Positions 55,985 to 64,000 of a stretch of 64,000 nucleotides of DNA are shown one piece after another. Position 1 is the first letter of the stretch. Each line of letters starts with the position of its first letter. The notes beneath the pieces are model-generated. The model was not told the DNA's origin, ran no database searches, and worked only from the letters and a program-made list of their open reading frames with translations. This DNA comes from Bacteroidales bacterium. GTDB lineage: Bacteria; Bacteroidota; Bacteroidia; Bacteroidales; UBA12077. Where the stretch lies: NCBI GenBank assembly GCA_028282785.1, contig JANQHE010000071.1:4423-68422 (forward strand), written 5' to 3'. Made by a program: the position numbers and the translations under genes.

Positions 55985-56991
55985 TAAAGTAAATATTGTA
56001 CATCGATCAAACCTACGAATTTATCTCCGTCTTTTGCAACCAATGTATCTACTTTTTGATCTTTAATTAATTGTTTAGCTTCGAAAAGACTGGCATTTAC
56101 ATCAATACTTACAGGGTCATGATCATCCAGTTCGGAAAGGTTATATTCGTGAACATCCTTACCATTTTCATGTAAAATTCTGCGAACATCTCCATCTGTA
56201 AAAATACGCCTGATAGTGTTTTCATTTTTCATAACAACCACTGCACCCAGTTTCGACTTAGTCATTAATAATAATGCATCTTTAACTTTTCCGGCTCCGT
56301 TTATTTTTATGTCTTCTGTTCTGACTATATCGCCAACTCTGGTGGTTAATATTCTAGTATCCTCAATGAATTGATTCGTACCAATGGTGGTAAAGTGATT
56401 TTCTGTTAGCTTTTTCATGATCTTCCAGGGAATAGTGCACGTATGTACGCCTATATTTAAAGCATTTTTAACATGTTCTACATGGCGAACAGAAGAAAAC
56501 ATCACTTTTGATTTGTAGTTGTATTTTTGGGTAATTTCAACACATTCTTTTACTAGCCCCAAAGCATCATGTCCCTGATCTTGTAAACGACCTACCAATG
56601 GGCAAACATAAGTAGCTCCGGCTGCAAATGCCATATATGCCTGCTGCACTGTATAGACCAAATGTAAATTAACCATTAATCCTTGATTAACCAACATTTT
56701 ACATGCTCTTGTTCCTTCAAGTGAAATTGGAATTTTAAATACTGTTTTTTCTTTTGATAAACCTAGCTCGATTAATCTTTGAGCTTCAGTCACAATTTCT
56801 TCTGCAGTGTCTCCTAATGCTTCAACCTGAAGAATGTCAACGTATTTTGCAATCTCCAACATCTGTGCATCGATATCTTTCACACCTTCCCGTACCATAA
56901 AGGTTGGGGTAGTGGTAAGACCTGTCAAGTAGCCCAGTTTACTGGCTTCTTTTATCTCTTCTAAATTAACTGAATCTAAATATAGTTCCAT
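55984..56991 (-). CDS. Fusion protein: fructose-6-phosphate aldolase/TalC-type TIM barrel + KdsD-type CBS pair
   Basis: 335 aa. N-terminal part: MELYLDS...GLTTTP...VFKIPIS(Lys)...EGTRACKML...FSSV, as in FsaA/TalC. C-terminal part: RVGDIVRTEDI...LGAVVV...IFTDGDVRRIL...VDTLVAKDGDKFVGLIDVQYLL, as in the KdsD/KpsF CBS domains. Confidence 0.75.
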   Translation of the reverse strand: MELYLDSVNLEEIKEASKLGYLTGLTTTPTFMVREGVKDIDAQMLEIAKYVDILQVEALGDTAEEIVTEAQRLIELGLSKEKTVFKIPISLEGTRACKMLVNQGLMVNLHLVYTVQQAYMAFAAGATYVCPLVGRLQDQGHDALGLVKECVEITQKYNYKSKVMFSSVRHVEHVKNALNIGVHTCTIPWKIMKKLTENHFTTIGTNQFIEDTRILTTRVGDIVRTEDIKINGAGKVKDALLLMTKSKLGAVVVMKNENTIRRIFTDGDVRRILHENGKDVHEYNLSELDDHDPVSIDVNASLFEAKQLIKDQKVDTLVAKDGDKFVGLIDVQYLL

Positions 56992-56992
56992 T

Positions 56993-57802
56993 TTATCTGT
57001 ATTTTTTTTCTGTTGAATGTAATTCTATTAAAGGTTTTAAAAATTCTTCCAGATCAGCCACACATAGTTGACTTGCAGCATCGCACAAGGCTTCTGAAGG
57101 ATTTGGATGTGTTTCAATAAATACACCATCAATACCCGAAGCAACACCAGCACGTGCAAGAGTAGGCAGGTATTCTCTAAGCCCGCCTTTTGGGTCAGCG
57201 CTGGGAATACCGTATTTACGAATGGAATGCGTTATATCGAAAATAACCGGATATCCCAATTGTCTTAGATCGTAAAAGCTTCTTGGATCAACGATCAAAT
57301 CGTTATATCCAAATGTATAACCACGTTCGGTAAGTAATATGTTCTTGTTCCCTGTTGATTCAATTTTCTCAACCGGTTTAATCATATTTTTCGGAGAAAT
57401 AAACTGACCATGTTTTAGATTTACAACTTTACCCGTTTTGGCTGCCTCAACCACCAAAGTGGTTTGCATGCATAAATAAGCCGGAATTTGAATGATATCA
57501 AGTACTTCGCTTGCCGGTTTAATCTGCTCGGGAAAGTGAACATCCGAAACAACCGGAACATCAAATTCAGTTTTAATTTTTTGTAGTATTTCCAAACCTT
57601 CTTCGATCCCCGGTCCTGAGTAATAATCTACAGAACTTCGGTTATCTTTCATAAATGAGGATTTAAATACAAGCGGGAGAGAAAGTTTTTGAGAAACCTC
57701 CTTTAGTTTCTCTGCAGTTTCCATCATGATACGCTCATTTTCAACAACACAAGGACCTGATATAAGAAAAAAACTGCTCCAATCGATTAATTTGTCATTC
57801 AT
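56993..57802 (-). CDS. kdsA: 3-deoxy-8-phosphooctulonate (Kdo-8-P) synthase, metal-dependent class
   Basis: ATG at 57802 (MNDKLIDWSSFFLISGPCVVE...). Conserved FKSSFMKDNRSS, IQIPAYLCMQT, LTERGYTFGY, IFDITHS, ARAGVASGIDGVFIETHPNP. Confidence 0.9.
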   Translation of the reverse strand: MNDKLIDWSSFFLISGPCVVENERIMMETAEKLKEVSQKLSLPLVFKSSFMKDNRSSVDYYSGPGIEEGLEILQKIKTEFDVPVVSDVHFPEQIKPASEVLDIIQIPAYLCMQTTLVVEAAKTGKVVNLKHGQFISPKNMIKPVEKIESTGNKNILLTERGYTFGYNDLIVDPRSFYDLRQLGYPVIFDITHSIRKYGIPSADPKGGLREYLPTLARAGVASGIDGVFIETHPNPSEALCDAASQLCVADLEEFLKPLIELHSTEKKYR

Positions 57803-57932
57803 ATCTTTTCGCGTTCTGCTAACTTCAAATAATTGGATTAACGTTCGACGACGAAAATAAGTAAATAGAGTAAACACAAAGTATTCTGTGCATTAACCTT
57901 TTGTTACCTTAGTGTATATTAATTGTTATGAG

Positions 57933-57976
57933 GTTATTGTAGGAGATTTGTAAAGATATTTAGTGGACCATTCGCC
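57933..57976 (+). repeat. GC-enriched intergenic repeat module, degenerate copy G
   Basis: GTTATTGTAGGAGA...TAGTGGACCATTCGCC parallels GTTATTAAGCCTTGTAGGAGA...CAGTGTCACCCGTAATCG of copy E. Confidence 0.35.
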
Positions 57977-58093
57977 TTTTGAACAAGCTTTAAATTATAT
58001 ATAATCATTTTATCAATGAGCTAAACATTTTAAAGAAATACTAATAATGTTTTAATAGTTAAAATTGTGTTTTCAATTAGGTTTATCAGAATT

Positions 58094-58594
58094 TTATTTA
58101 ACTCCTTTAAAAGCTTTCTTTATTTTGACTTTGAATATAATTCCTCTTATTATAAGGGAAATACCAACAATAATTGCTCCATACATAATGCTGTATTTCT
58201 CCTCGGTAAATTTTATAGCTTTGGTATAAGAAGCTATTGTAAGAAGTATACCAAAGAATACTAAGACAATTCCTCCAACCAAATAGTTAGTACCCTTTTC
58301 TTTAATTTCTTTTTGTACTTCATGGAATATACCTACCTCGTTATCCTTAGACTCTTTAACTGTTTTTTGAGTAATATTAACCTCATTTTCAATTCTTGAT
58401 TTTTCTTTTCGATTTATGTAATTATTACAAATCTCTTCTTGTTCAGGTGTTATAATATTTCTTTCAAAACCAAGCTGCATAGTTTCGATAACCTTTTCCT
58501 CATTATGGTTTTCAGGATGCTCTAAAATTTCTTCAAGCTCGCTATTTGTCATATTTTGTAATTTATCATAATAGTCTACAGGATTTTTCATCAT
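58094..58594 (-). CDS. Hypothetical membrane protein
   Basis: 166 aa. Acidic N-terminal half and two C-terminal TM helices. Confidence 0.4.
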   Translation of the reverse strand: MMKNPVDYYDKLQNMTNSELEEILEHPENHNEEKVIETMQLGFERNIITPEQEEICNNYINRKEKSRIENEVNITQKTVKESKDNEVGIFHEVQKEIKEKGTNYLVGGIVLVFFGILLTIASYTKAIKFTEEKYSIMYGAIIVGISLIIRGIIFKVKIKKAFKGVK

Positions 58595-58755
58595 ATTGTT
58601 GTTTTATAGAATGATTATATTTTAAGTAAATGTTTGCGAACTTTAAATCTTCAAACTCAGTTTATTTCTTAATTCATCATCCAAAAATTATTTTAAAGCT
58701 TTCTCTTTATCATCACATTAAACTAAATGTACGATATTTATGAAATAGATTATTA

Positions 58756-58864
58756 GTTATTAAGTTTACTTTTTTAATGTCACCCGATGACCTGTTTACC
58801 AAAGGGCAGACACGGAAACTTAAAAGTAACCAAAATTGCCAAACCTGCAAAATAACCGGTATGC
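58756..58864 (+). repeat. GC-enriched intergenic repeat module, copy D
   Basis: GTTATTAAG(58756-58764)...TGTCACCC(58778-58785)...TAACCAAAATTGCCAAA(58827-58843)...CAAAATAACCGGTATGC(58848-58864). Confidence 0.55.
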
Positions 58865-59016
58865 TTTACCTATTGGAAAAGTAATATTAGCTTTAGAAAT
58901 AGTAAATACCTAAAAGGATATAATTTGAATTAATTTTAAAACATTAACACATTATCGGTGTTTCCTTTACACTATTTGTTCATAAAATATTTTTCGAAAG
59001 TTATTTTTAATGGAAA

Positions 59017-60558
59017 ATGGCAAAAATAAAGTATACTTCTGAAGAACGTTGGACACTCATAGCAACCATTTTGGCATCAAGTCTTGTGTTTATTGATGGT
59101 ACTGCCTTGAATATTGCTTTGCCCGCTTTACAGGTTGATTTGGGTTTATCTGGTGCACAACTTATGTGGATTGTAAATTCGTATGCTTTATTTTTATCTG
59201 CACTATTGTTATTGGGTGGGGCCATGGGAGATCGGTATGGCAGAAACAAAATTTTTGGTATTGGCTTATTTATATTTATGGTTGCATCGCTGGTGTGCGG
59301 AATCTCCCAAAACTCTATACAACTTATTAGTGCCAGAGCTTTCCAGGGTGTGGGAGGAGCTTTGCTAACTCCGGGGAGTTTATCTATTATTACGGCAAGA
59401 TTTTCTTCAAACAAAGTGGGTAGTGCCATTGGTTTGTGGTCGACCTTCAGTGCCTTAACAGCCATAATCGGTCCTGTGTTGGGAGGGTGGCTTGCCGAAT
59501 TGGGTTTGTGGCGCGTAATATTCTTTATTAATATACCTTTTTCAATATTTGTTCTTTGGGTAATTTTTAATCGCGTACAGGAAAGTAAAAACTCCGAAGT
59601 GGTTAAACTTGATTACCTGGGTGCGTTCCTTGCAACTATCGGTTTGGCTGGTATTACATACGGATTTATTGAATCCTCAAACCGTGGATTCAACGATATG
59701 ATAATCGTTGCTTCATTAGTTATAGGAGGAGCAGGATCCATAGGATTTTTATTATCGCAACATTATGGAAAAAAACCTATGATGCCATTGAGGTTATTTA
59801 AATCGGTGGATTTTAGTATTACCAATACAGGAACCTTATTTATATACGGAGCTTTAAGTGCTACTTTGTTCTTTTTACCTTTAAATCTTGTTCAAGTGCA
59901 GGGATATACCGAAAGTCAGGTTGGGTTAGCCATTTTACCTACCATTGTATTAATAACCATATTATCAACTATTTCGGGAAGGTTGTCGGATAAATTTGGT
60001 GCAAGGTTGTTTTTAACTTTTGGCCCGTTAATAACGGGTTTTGCTTTTCTTTTATATGGTTTTCAAGGATTAACCAATGGGCCATCGGTATATTGGACAA
60101 GCTTTTTTATTCCAAGTGCTTTATTGGGGCTAGGCATGGGATTAACGGTTGCTCCGCTTACCACAACAGTAATGAAATCGGTTTCAAAAAACAATAGTGG
60201 CGTTGCGTCAGGTGTAAATAATACAGTTTCGCGCATGTCAGGGGTACTTTCCGTTGCATTAATGGGAGCTATGGTTATGTATTATTTTAAAATTCATTTA
60301 ATTACACAGGCGCAAGAAATAAATGTATCTTCAGAAATTATTGAAGGCTTAAAAAACGATGCGATCAATCTTGGAGCAACCAGGCCGCCAGAAAATACTC
60401 CGGCAAACCTGATAAATGGATTGAATTTGGTCATTAAAAGCTCTTTTATCAGATCGTTTAACAGTGTGGCGTATATTTCAGCCCTGGCAGCCTGGATAAC
60501 TGCTATAATGTGTTTTACACTTTTGAAAAAGCATAAAGTAAATGTTCAGGAAAATTGA
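59017..60558 (+). CDS. MFS transporter, DHA2 (14-TMS EmrB/QacA-like) drug:H+ antiporter family
   Basis: 513 aa with ~14 TM helices. Motif A-like GGAMGDRYGRNKIF and motif C-like GPVLGGWL. Confidence 0.88.
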   Translation: MAKIKYTSEERWTLIATILASSLVFIDGTALNIALPALQVDLGLSGAQLMWIVNSYALFLSALLLLGGAMGDRYGRNKIFGIGLFIFMVASLVCGISQNSIQLISARAFQGVGGALLTPGSLSIITARFSSNKVGSAIGLWSTFSALTAIIGPVLGGWLAELGLWRVIFFINIPFSIFVLWVIFNRVQESKNSEVVKLDYLGAFLATIGLAGITYGFIESSNRGFNDMIIVASLVIGGAGSIGFLLSQHYGKKPMMPLRLFKSVDFSITNTGTLFIYGALSATLFFLPLNLVQVQGYTESQVGLAILPTIVLITILSTISGRLSDKFGARLFLTFGPLITGFAFLLYGFQGLTNGPSVYWTSFFIPSALLGLGMGLTVAPLTTTVMKSVSKNNSGVASGVNNTVSRMSGVLSVALMGAMVMYYFKIHLITQAQEINVSSEIIEGLKNDAINLGATRPPENTPANLINGLNLVIKSSFIRSFNSVAYISALAAWITAIMCFTLLKKHKVNVQEN

Positions 60559-60643
60559 TGTTAAAGGGGCAGGATTACCGGAAATACTGAATTTTTAGCG
60601 GCTTATTTATAACTGCTCATATTTTATGACGCAATTGTTAATT

Positions 60644-61051
60644 CTAATTTTCAGAATTCCTATATATTACAACAGAACCTACTAACATATCATGAATAGC
60701 TTTTCTTTTTTTATTCCCAGAGACTGTCAATAGTGATAACCAACCTAAAAATGCTTTAACAATAAATCGAATAATTGCTAAAGGTAAAAGTATATTTTTC
60801 TCTTCATTACGATGTCTTCTTACTCTTATATTCATAATCATATGACCTATAGTACCACCAAAGAAACTTGTAAAAATTGGATCGTAAAGCAAAAATATAA
60901 ATACGAATGCAATTTTCTTTGCTACATCCGGCACATTTTCAAATAGCGAAAAAATATACGTTACTAAAACTAACTCGCTAATTAAAATAATAGAATCAAT
61001 CACAACTGCTTTTACTCTATCAGATACATGTGGGTAATTTTTCTCAGTCAT
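60644..61051 (-). CDS. RDD-family membrane protein
   Basis: 135 aa. VSDRVKAVVIDSIIL N-terminus, three TM helices, GGTIGHMIMNIRV. Confidence 0.65.
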   Translation of the reverse strand: MTEKNYPHVSDRVKAVVIDSIILISELVLVTYIFSLFENVPDVAKKIAFVFIFLLYDPIFTSFFGGTIGHMIMNIRVRRHRNEEKNILLPLAIIRFIVKAFLGWLSLLTVSGNKKRKAIHDMLVGSVVIYRNSEN

Positions 61052-61069
61052 TATTCTATTTTTAAATAT

Positions 61070-61693
61070 TTATTTTTCTACAACAGTTGTTAATTTATCA
61101 GATTGAAACATTACTGCTGGAGATATTACTTTTTCGTCCAAAGGAATAGTGTCACCATAACGTTTTGCCATTATTTCTTTTACAATTTCATTCTCTAAGT
61201 CAAATTCTCTCAAAGATTGAAGTTTACCAATTTCAATTCCTACAGCTTCCTTGTATATTTTCCAAACCAGTTCAGAACAGTAGATTTTTTCATTTGACCA
61301 TTCGAAATAGATATCATAATTCTTCCCAATAAACGTTTCTCCAATAGACTTCATTTTCATTAAGTTCTCGCTGGTCAAATATTTTTTAGACTCTTTCAAT
61401 CGTTTAACCACAAAGTGTTTCTTTTCGCCGCGATTTATCCATTCATGAAGCGGTGTCAATTTCACAGGTTGAACAGCTTCATAAACCATGATGTTGTCAT
61501 TCTCAACATATATAATTCCCATATGACTATATTTCGAATGTGTAGCAAGTTGTATCGCTTTACTTTGTTGCGATTTTGAGGTTTGGAAAATAATATCTCC
61601 ACTTTTCAATTTTTGTTCAAAATTGTCAGTAGAACAACCAAGAAAAATAAATAGTATTAATGAAATTGCCTTTACAGAAATGTTTTGTCTCAT
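61070..61693 (-). CDS. YiiX-like permuted papain/NlpC-P60 family lipoprotein
   Basis: 207 aa. Lipobox IFLGCS. GDIIFQTS...YSHMGIIY (His) and the later YCSELVWKIY (Cys) give the circularly permuted catalytic order. Confidence 0.65.
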   Translation of the reverse strand: MRQNISVKAISLILFIFLGCSTDNFEQKLKSGDIIFQTSKSQQSKAIQLATHSKYSHMGIIYVENDNIMVYEAVQPVKLTPLHEWINRGEKKHFVVKRLKESKKYLTSENLMKMKSIGETFIGKNYDIYFEWSNEKIYCSELVWKIYKEAVGIEIGKLQSLREFDLENEIVKEIMAKRYGDTIPLDEKVISPAVMFQSDKLTTVVEK

Positions 61694-61737
61694 GCGTTTT
61701 TTCTCAGAATTAATATGTATTACACATTGTATGCAAA

Positions 61738-62256
61738 TTATTCAGTCTCGTAATAAAATTTCACTGCGTCAAAAATGTCTCTCAGATGCTCTCTGGTAAT
61801 TCTATGAATGTCAAGTTTAGACAAATTAAGAATTATGTAATTTAAATTCTCTTCAGAATAAGTTTTTCCTTTAGTTTCTACAAATTCATCCTGAATTTCT
61901 GTGATTATCTCGATGTCATTTCGAGTTACAGTCTCCTTAGTTTTGGCTAAAATATTATTATAAATTGTATTAGTCCTTTCATCATAATCATTCTCTGTTA
62001 CTAGTTTCGTGATGTCTTCTCCACCGGAAAAGTTGATATGAAGAGCTTCTAAAGAATTTCTCAAGCCTCTAAACGGCTTGGTAATACTAAAACCCCACCA
62101 ACCAAATAAAATTGTCAAAATGGAATAAGGTACTCCTGGTAAAATTAAATTTTTCCCACTGTGAATTTCATAAACTTTAGAATTTGAATAAACTCTGTAT
62201 GGGCCTAAGTTAATAGAGACCTTATAAAACCTTTGTAAAACTTCCTGCTCTTTCAT
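61738..62256 (-). CDS. Hypothetical membrane-associated protein
   Basis: 172 aa. One hydrophobic segment with ILFGWWGF. No recognisable family. Confidence 0.4.
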   Translation of the reverse strand: MKEQEVLQRFYKVSINLGPYRVYSNSKVYEIHSGKNLILPGVPYSILTILFGWWGFSITKPFRGLRNSLEALHINFSGGEDITKLVTENDYDERTNTIYNNILAKTKETVTRNDIEIITEIQDEFVETKGKTYSEENLNYIILNLSKLDIHRITREHLRDIFDAVKFYYETE

Positions 62257-62293
62257 TAGAGTAAAATTTATATATTATGTGTAATGTTCTTCT

Positions 62294-62431
62294 GTTATTA
62301 AGCCTTGTAGGAGAAGCGTTTCAGTGTCACCCGTAATCGAAAGATAAAGATAACTAAAACCTTGCATGCTGGCAAGCAGGTTGTCAAAATACCACTGAAA
62401 CCTGTATGTTTTATGACTTGCTGTTAGCCAC
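62294..62431 (+). repeat. GC-enriched intergenic repeat module, copy E
   Basis: GTTATTAAG(62294-62302)-TTGTAGGAGA(62305-62314)-TGTCACCC(62325-62332)-AAAGATAAAGA(62340-62350)-TAACTAAAACCTTGC...GTCAAAATACC...GTTAGCCAC(62423-62431). Confidence 0.55.
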
Positions 62432-62441
62432 TGTTTATTTT

Positions 62442-63869
62442 TTATTCTACATTAATGTAATACTGCAAAACTGCTCTATTTGTATGAGTTTCTTTTTCAA
62501 GAATTAATATTCCATACTTTATAAATTTTTTAAAGCGAACTTCTTTCTGCCCGAAAATAAATTCCTGTTTATTTTCTTCAAAATTCTCATCTCTATCAAA
62601 TTGTACCAAATTGTCAATTCTTTGAAATAAATTTTCCAGTTCTGTAAAATAAACAAAGTCTGAATAATTTTTAAATACACGACGATATGTTAAACCTACA
62701 ACCTTATCTTTCTCATACTTCTGATGAATAACATAGTTGAAAAAATTAAAATATAATATTGGAAGTTCAATAGCAATCATTTCTGATTCAAATTCTTCAG
62801 ATTTCTCATATTTTTCAACTACTTTATTAAAATCGATATACTGAAAAGCATTTTCAACTATTTCATCTGTTGAATTAGGAGGAAGATGAATCATATCGTC
62901 AAGTACTTCTCTAAATTCTTCAAACGAAAGAATTTTTGTAGGTATTTTAAATTCAGAATATAAAACTTTCGATTTGATTCTTAAATTCTTGTCATTTACT
63001 ACGAAATAATCACAATGAGCGCCATAAAAAGCATGCTCGGAATCTACAACAATATTTTTAGCAGTATCAGTTGGCTTTTTAAGCTTATCAGATTTAAAAC
63101 CAATTATGTCCAAGAATAAATAGGCTGTTTTAAAGAATTCAAATCGGGTTGTAGGTTCTCGATATTTAAATGCTGTTTGAACATAGTCAATAAAAGTAAG
63201 ATTTGTCTCAAACGAATTTAAATACTCATTTATGTTTTCAACAACTTCCTTTTCATTCCAATTTCCTGAATTCGCTTCAATTTTAAACCCTTTTTCATTC
63301 AGTGTTTTTCTAAACTCTTTATAAAATGGACGACTTCCAATGAAATTTTCTGAAAACAATCCAATATCTGAAAAGAATTCTAACATATTAGAATTTGATT
63401 TTAAGTTTGGAAACATTTGATTTAGGACTTCTCTATTTTCATTATTAATTTCAATAGGCACTATTTGATTCTTGAATAATGTCTTCAACATTTTACCATA
63501 CTTTCCTAAACCAAGTTCTTTTCCAAATTCATCTAATTGGTCAAATAGACTATTAATGTCATATTCTATCGGCTCATTATGATTATCTTTAATATCCTTA
63601 AAGTACTGTGATGGTTTGCAAAACAAACACATTGTTCTTTTTTTTTCCCAGCGGAGTAAATGCTTTTCAGAAATCTCATCAAGTGTATTTAAATCATTCC
63701 AGAACATTTTATTTTCAGGGCTAAAGCTTTTCATTAAATCGTGGAAATGCGCTGGTGAGTATGGAAAGAGTAGTTTTGTCTTATGACTTAGAATTTTTTG
63801 TTTGAAATTTAAGAATTCATCTTTTTTTAAATTACTAAAAACATTCCAGTCAAGGTAGATTCTAATCAT
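62442..63869 (-). CDS. Hypothetical protein with tentative split PIN-like signature
   Basis: ~475 aa (ATG at 63869; the track start at 63875 is TTG). N-terminal IYLDWNVFSNL and the later VVDSEHAFYGAHCDYFVVNDKNL resemble the first and last acidic motifs of PIN-like nucleases, separated by a long insert. Bracketed by a 9-bp inverted repeat. Confidence 0.35.
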   Translation of the reverse strand: MIRIYLDWNVFSNLKKDEFLNFKQKILSHKTKLLFPYSPAHFHDLMKSFSPENKMFWNDLNTLDEISEKHLLRWEKKRTMCLFCKPSQYFKDIKDNHNEPIEYDINSLFDQLDEFGKELGLGKYGKMLKTLFKNQIVPIEINNENREVLNQMFPNLKSNSNMLEFFSDIGLFSENFIGSRPFYKEFRKTLNEKGFKIEANSGNWNEKEVVENINEYLNSFETNLTFIDYVQTAFKYREPTTRFEFFKTAYLFLDIIGFKSDKLKKPTDTAKNIVVDSEHAFYGAHCDYFVVNDKNLRIKSKVLYSEFKIPTKILSFEEFREVLDDMIHLPPNSTDEIVENAFQYIDFNKVVEKYEKSEEFESEMIAIELPILYFNFFNYVIHQKYEKDKVVGLTYRRVFKNYSDFVYFTELENLFQRIDNLVQFDRDENFEENKQEFIFGQKEVRFKKFIKYGILILEKETHTNRAVLQYYINVE

Positions 63870-63893
63870 AAGCAATTTTCAAAAAAATATATT

Positions 63894-64000
63894 GTGGCTA
63901 ACCTGATTTACTGGACGTGCGGGAGTTTCTCGTGATTCACTGTCACCCATTGCAAAAACCAACACGAATATACATTTTTGTCATCAAACTGCCAAAAACC
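63894..64000 (+). repeat. GC-enriched intergenic repeat module, copy F (truncated by window end)
   Basis: GTGGCTAAC(63894-63902)...TGTCACCC(63941-63948)...CTGCCAAAAACC at the window end. Confidence 0.5.
63914..63939 (-). promoter_or_regulatory. ECF-type promoter candidate TGAATC-N16-CGTC
   Basis: Minus-strand reading GGGTGACAGTGAATC-acgagaaactcccgca-CGTC. The -10-like CGTC lies ~40 nt upstream of the ORF start. Copy E has the homologous GGGTGACACTGAAAC at the same distance from the 62256 start. Confidence 0.35.

Noticed and set aside
59007-59465. 152-aa minus-strand ORF, plus similar antisense ORFs (e.g. 24675..24992, 25017..25334, 30647..31021, 44405..44671, 45347..45640, 9885..10091, 13503..13784)
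   Set aside because: All lie entirely inside, and antisense to, long ORFs with strong family motifs. Their translations are low-complexity or hydrophobic mirror images, so they are shadow ORFs.
62370-62384. Sigma-54-type promoter TGGCAA-N5-TTGT inside repeat copy E
   Set aside because: The -12 GC dinucleotide is missing, and the element would fire on the + strand, antisense into the 3' end of the 477-aa ORF. It is more likely part of a local hairpin.
62294-63902. Integron gene-cassette array (CALIN) interpretation of the GGCTAAC/GTTAGCC words
   Set aside because: There is no integron integrase or attI in the window. The spacer after the ORF has no R'/L' partner arranged as in attC sites. 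The neighbouring genes (61738, 61070, 60644) are separated by short spacers without such sites. It is kept only as a low-probability hypothesis within the finding.
1-64000. CRISPR arrays, rRNA genes, prophage or conjugative-element gene sets
   Set aside because: No regularly spaced direct repeats with unique spacers were seen. There are no rRNA-like GC-rich conserved stretches and no integrase, capsid, terminase, relaxase or Tra-type ORFs in the six-frame track.

Overview
AT-rich chromosomal segment that looks like Bacteroidota. The evidence is a T9SS C-terminal sorting domain, DUF4252/ECF-sigma clusters, a FecI/FecR module with an STN-CarboxypepD_reg partner, TAnnTTTG -7 promoter boxes, and a phage-CI-like S24 (non-canonical LexA-type) repressor. 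About 70 CDSs and two tandem tRNA-Lys(UUU) genes are supported. I saw no rRNA, no CRISPR array and no intact mobile element, only a decayed IS200/RAYT-type HUH transposase between REP-like hairpins. Most content is housekeeping or envelope-related: a three-gene biotin-dependent acyl-CoA carboxylase, pyrD, ogt, arfB, kdsA, a CDF transporter, a DAACS symporter, a TetR-controlled ABC-2 exporter, an MFS DHA2 pump, and four ECF sigma factors. Items worth a second look, in rough order of interest: (1) in a Kdo operon, the KdsD slot holds a fructose-6-phosphate-aldolase/TalC-type barrel fused to the KdsD-type CBS pair; (2) an exported WD40-caspase (C14) fusion protein; (3) a mosaic family of GC-enriched intergenic modules, with every alignable copy on the + strand, clustered at both ends of the window, plus a 477-aa orphan ORF bracketed by a perfect 9-bp inverted repeat; (4) an ~790-bp ORF-free spacer with two clusters of TTACA-N3/4-TGTAA palindromes upstream of an XRE regulator; (5) a FecI/FecR pair whose third gene is not a TonB-dependent transporter; (6) a signal-peptide-less GH16-like protein that lacks the acid/base glutamate. 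All calls come from reading the sequence and ORF translations only. No database search was run, so family names are motif-based and start codons are provisional.
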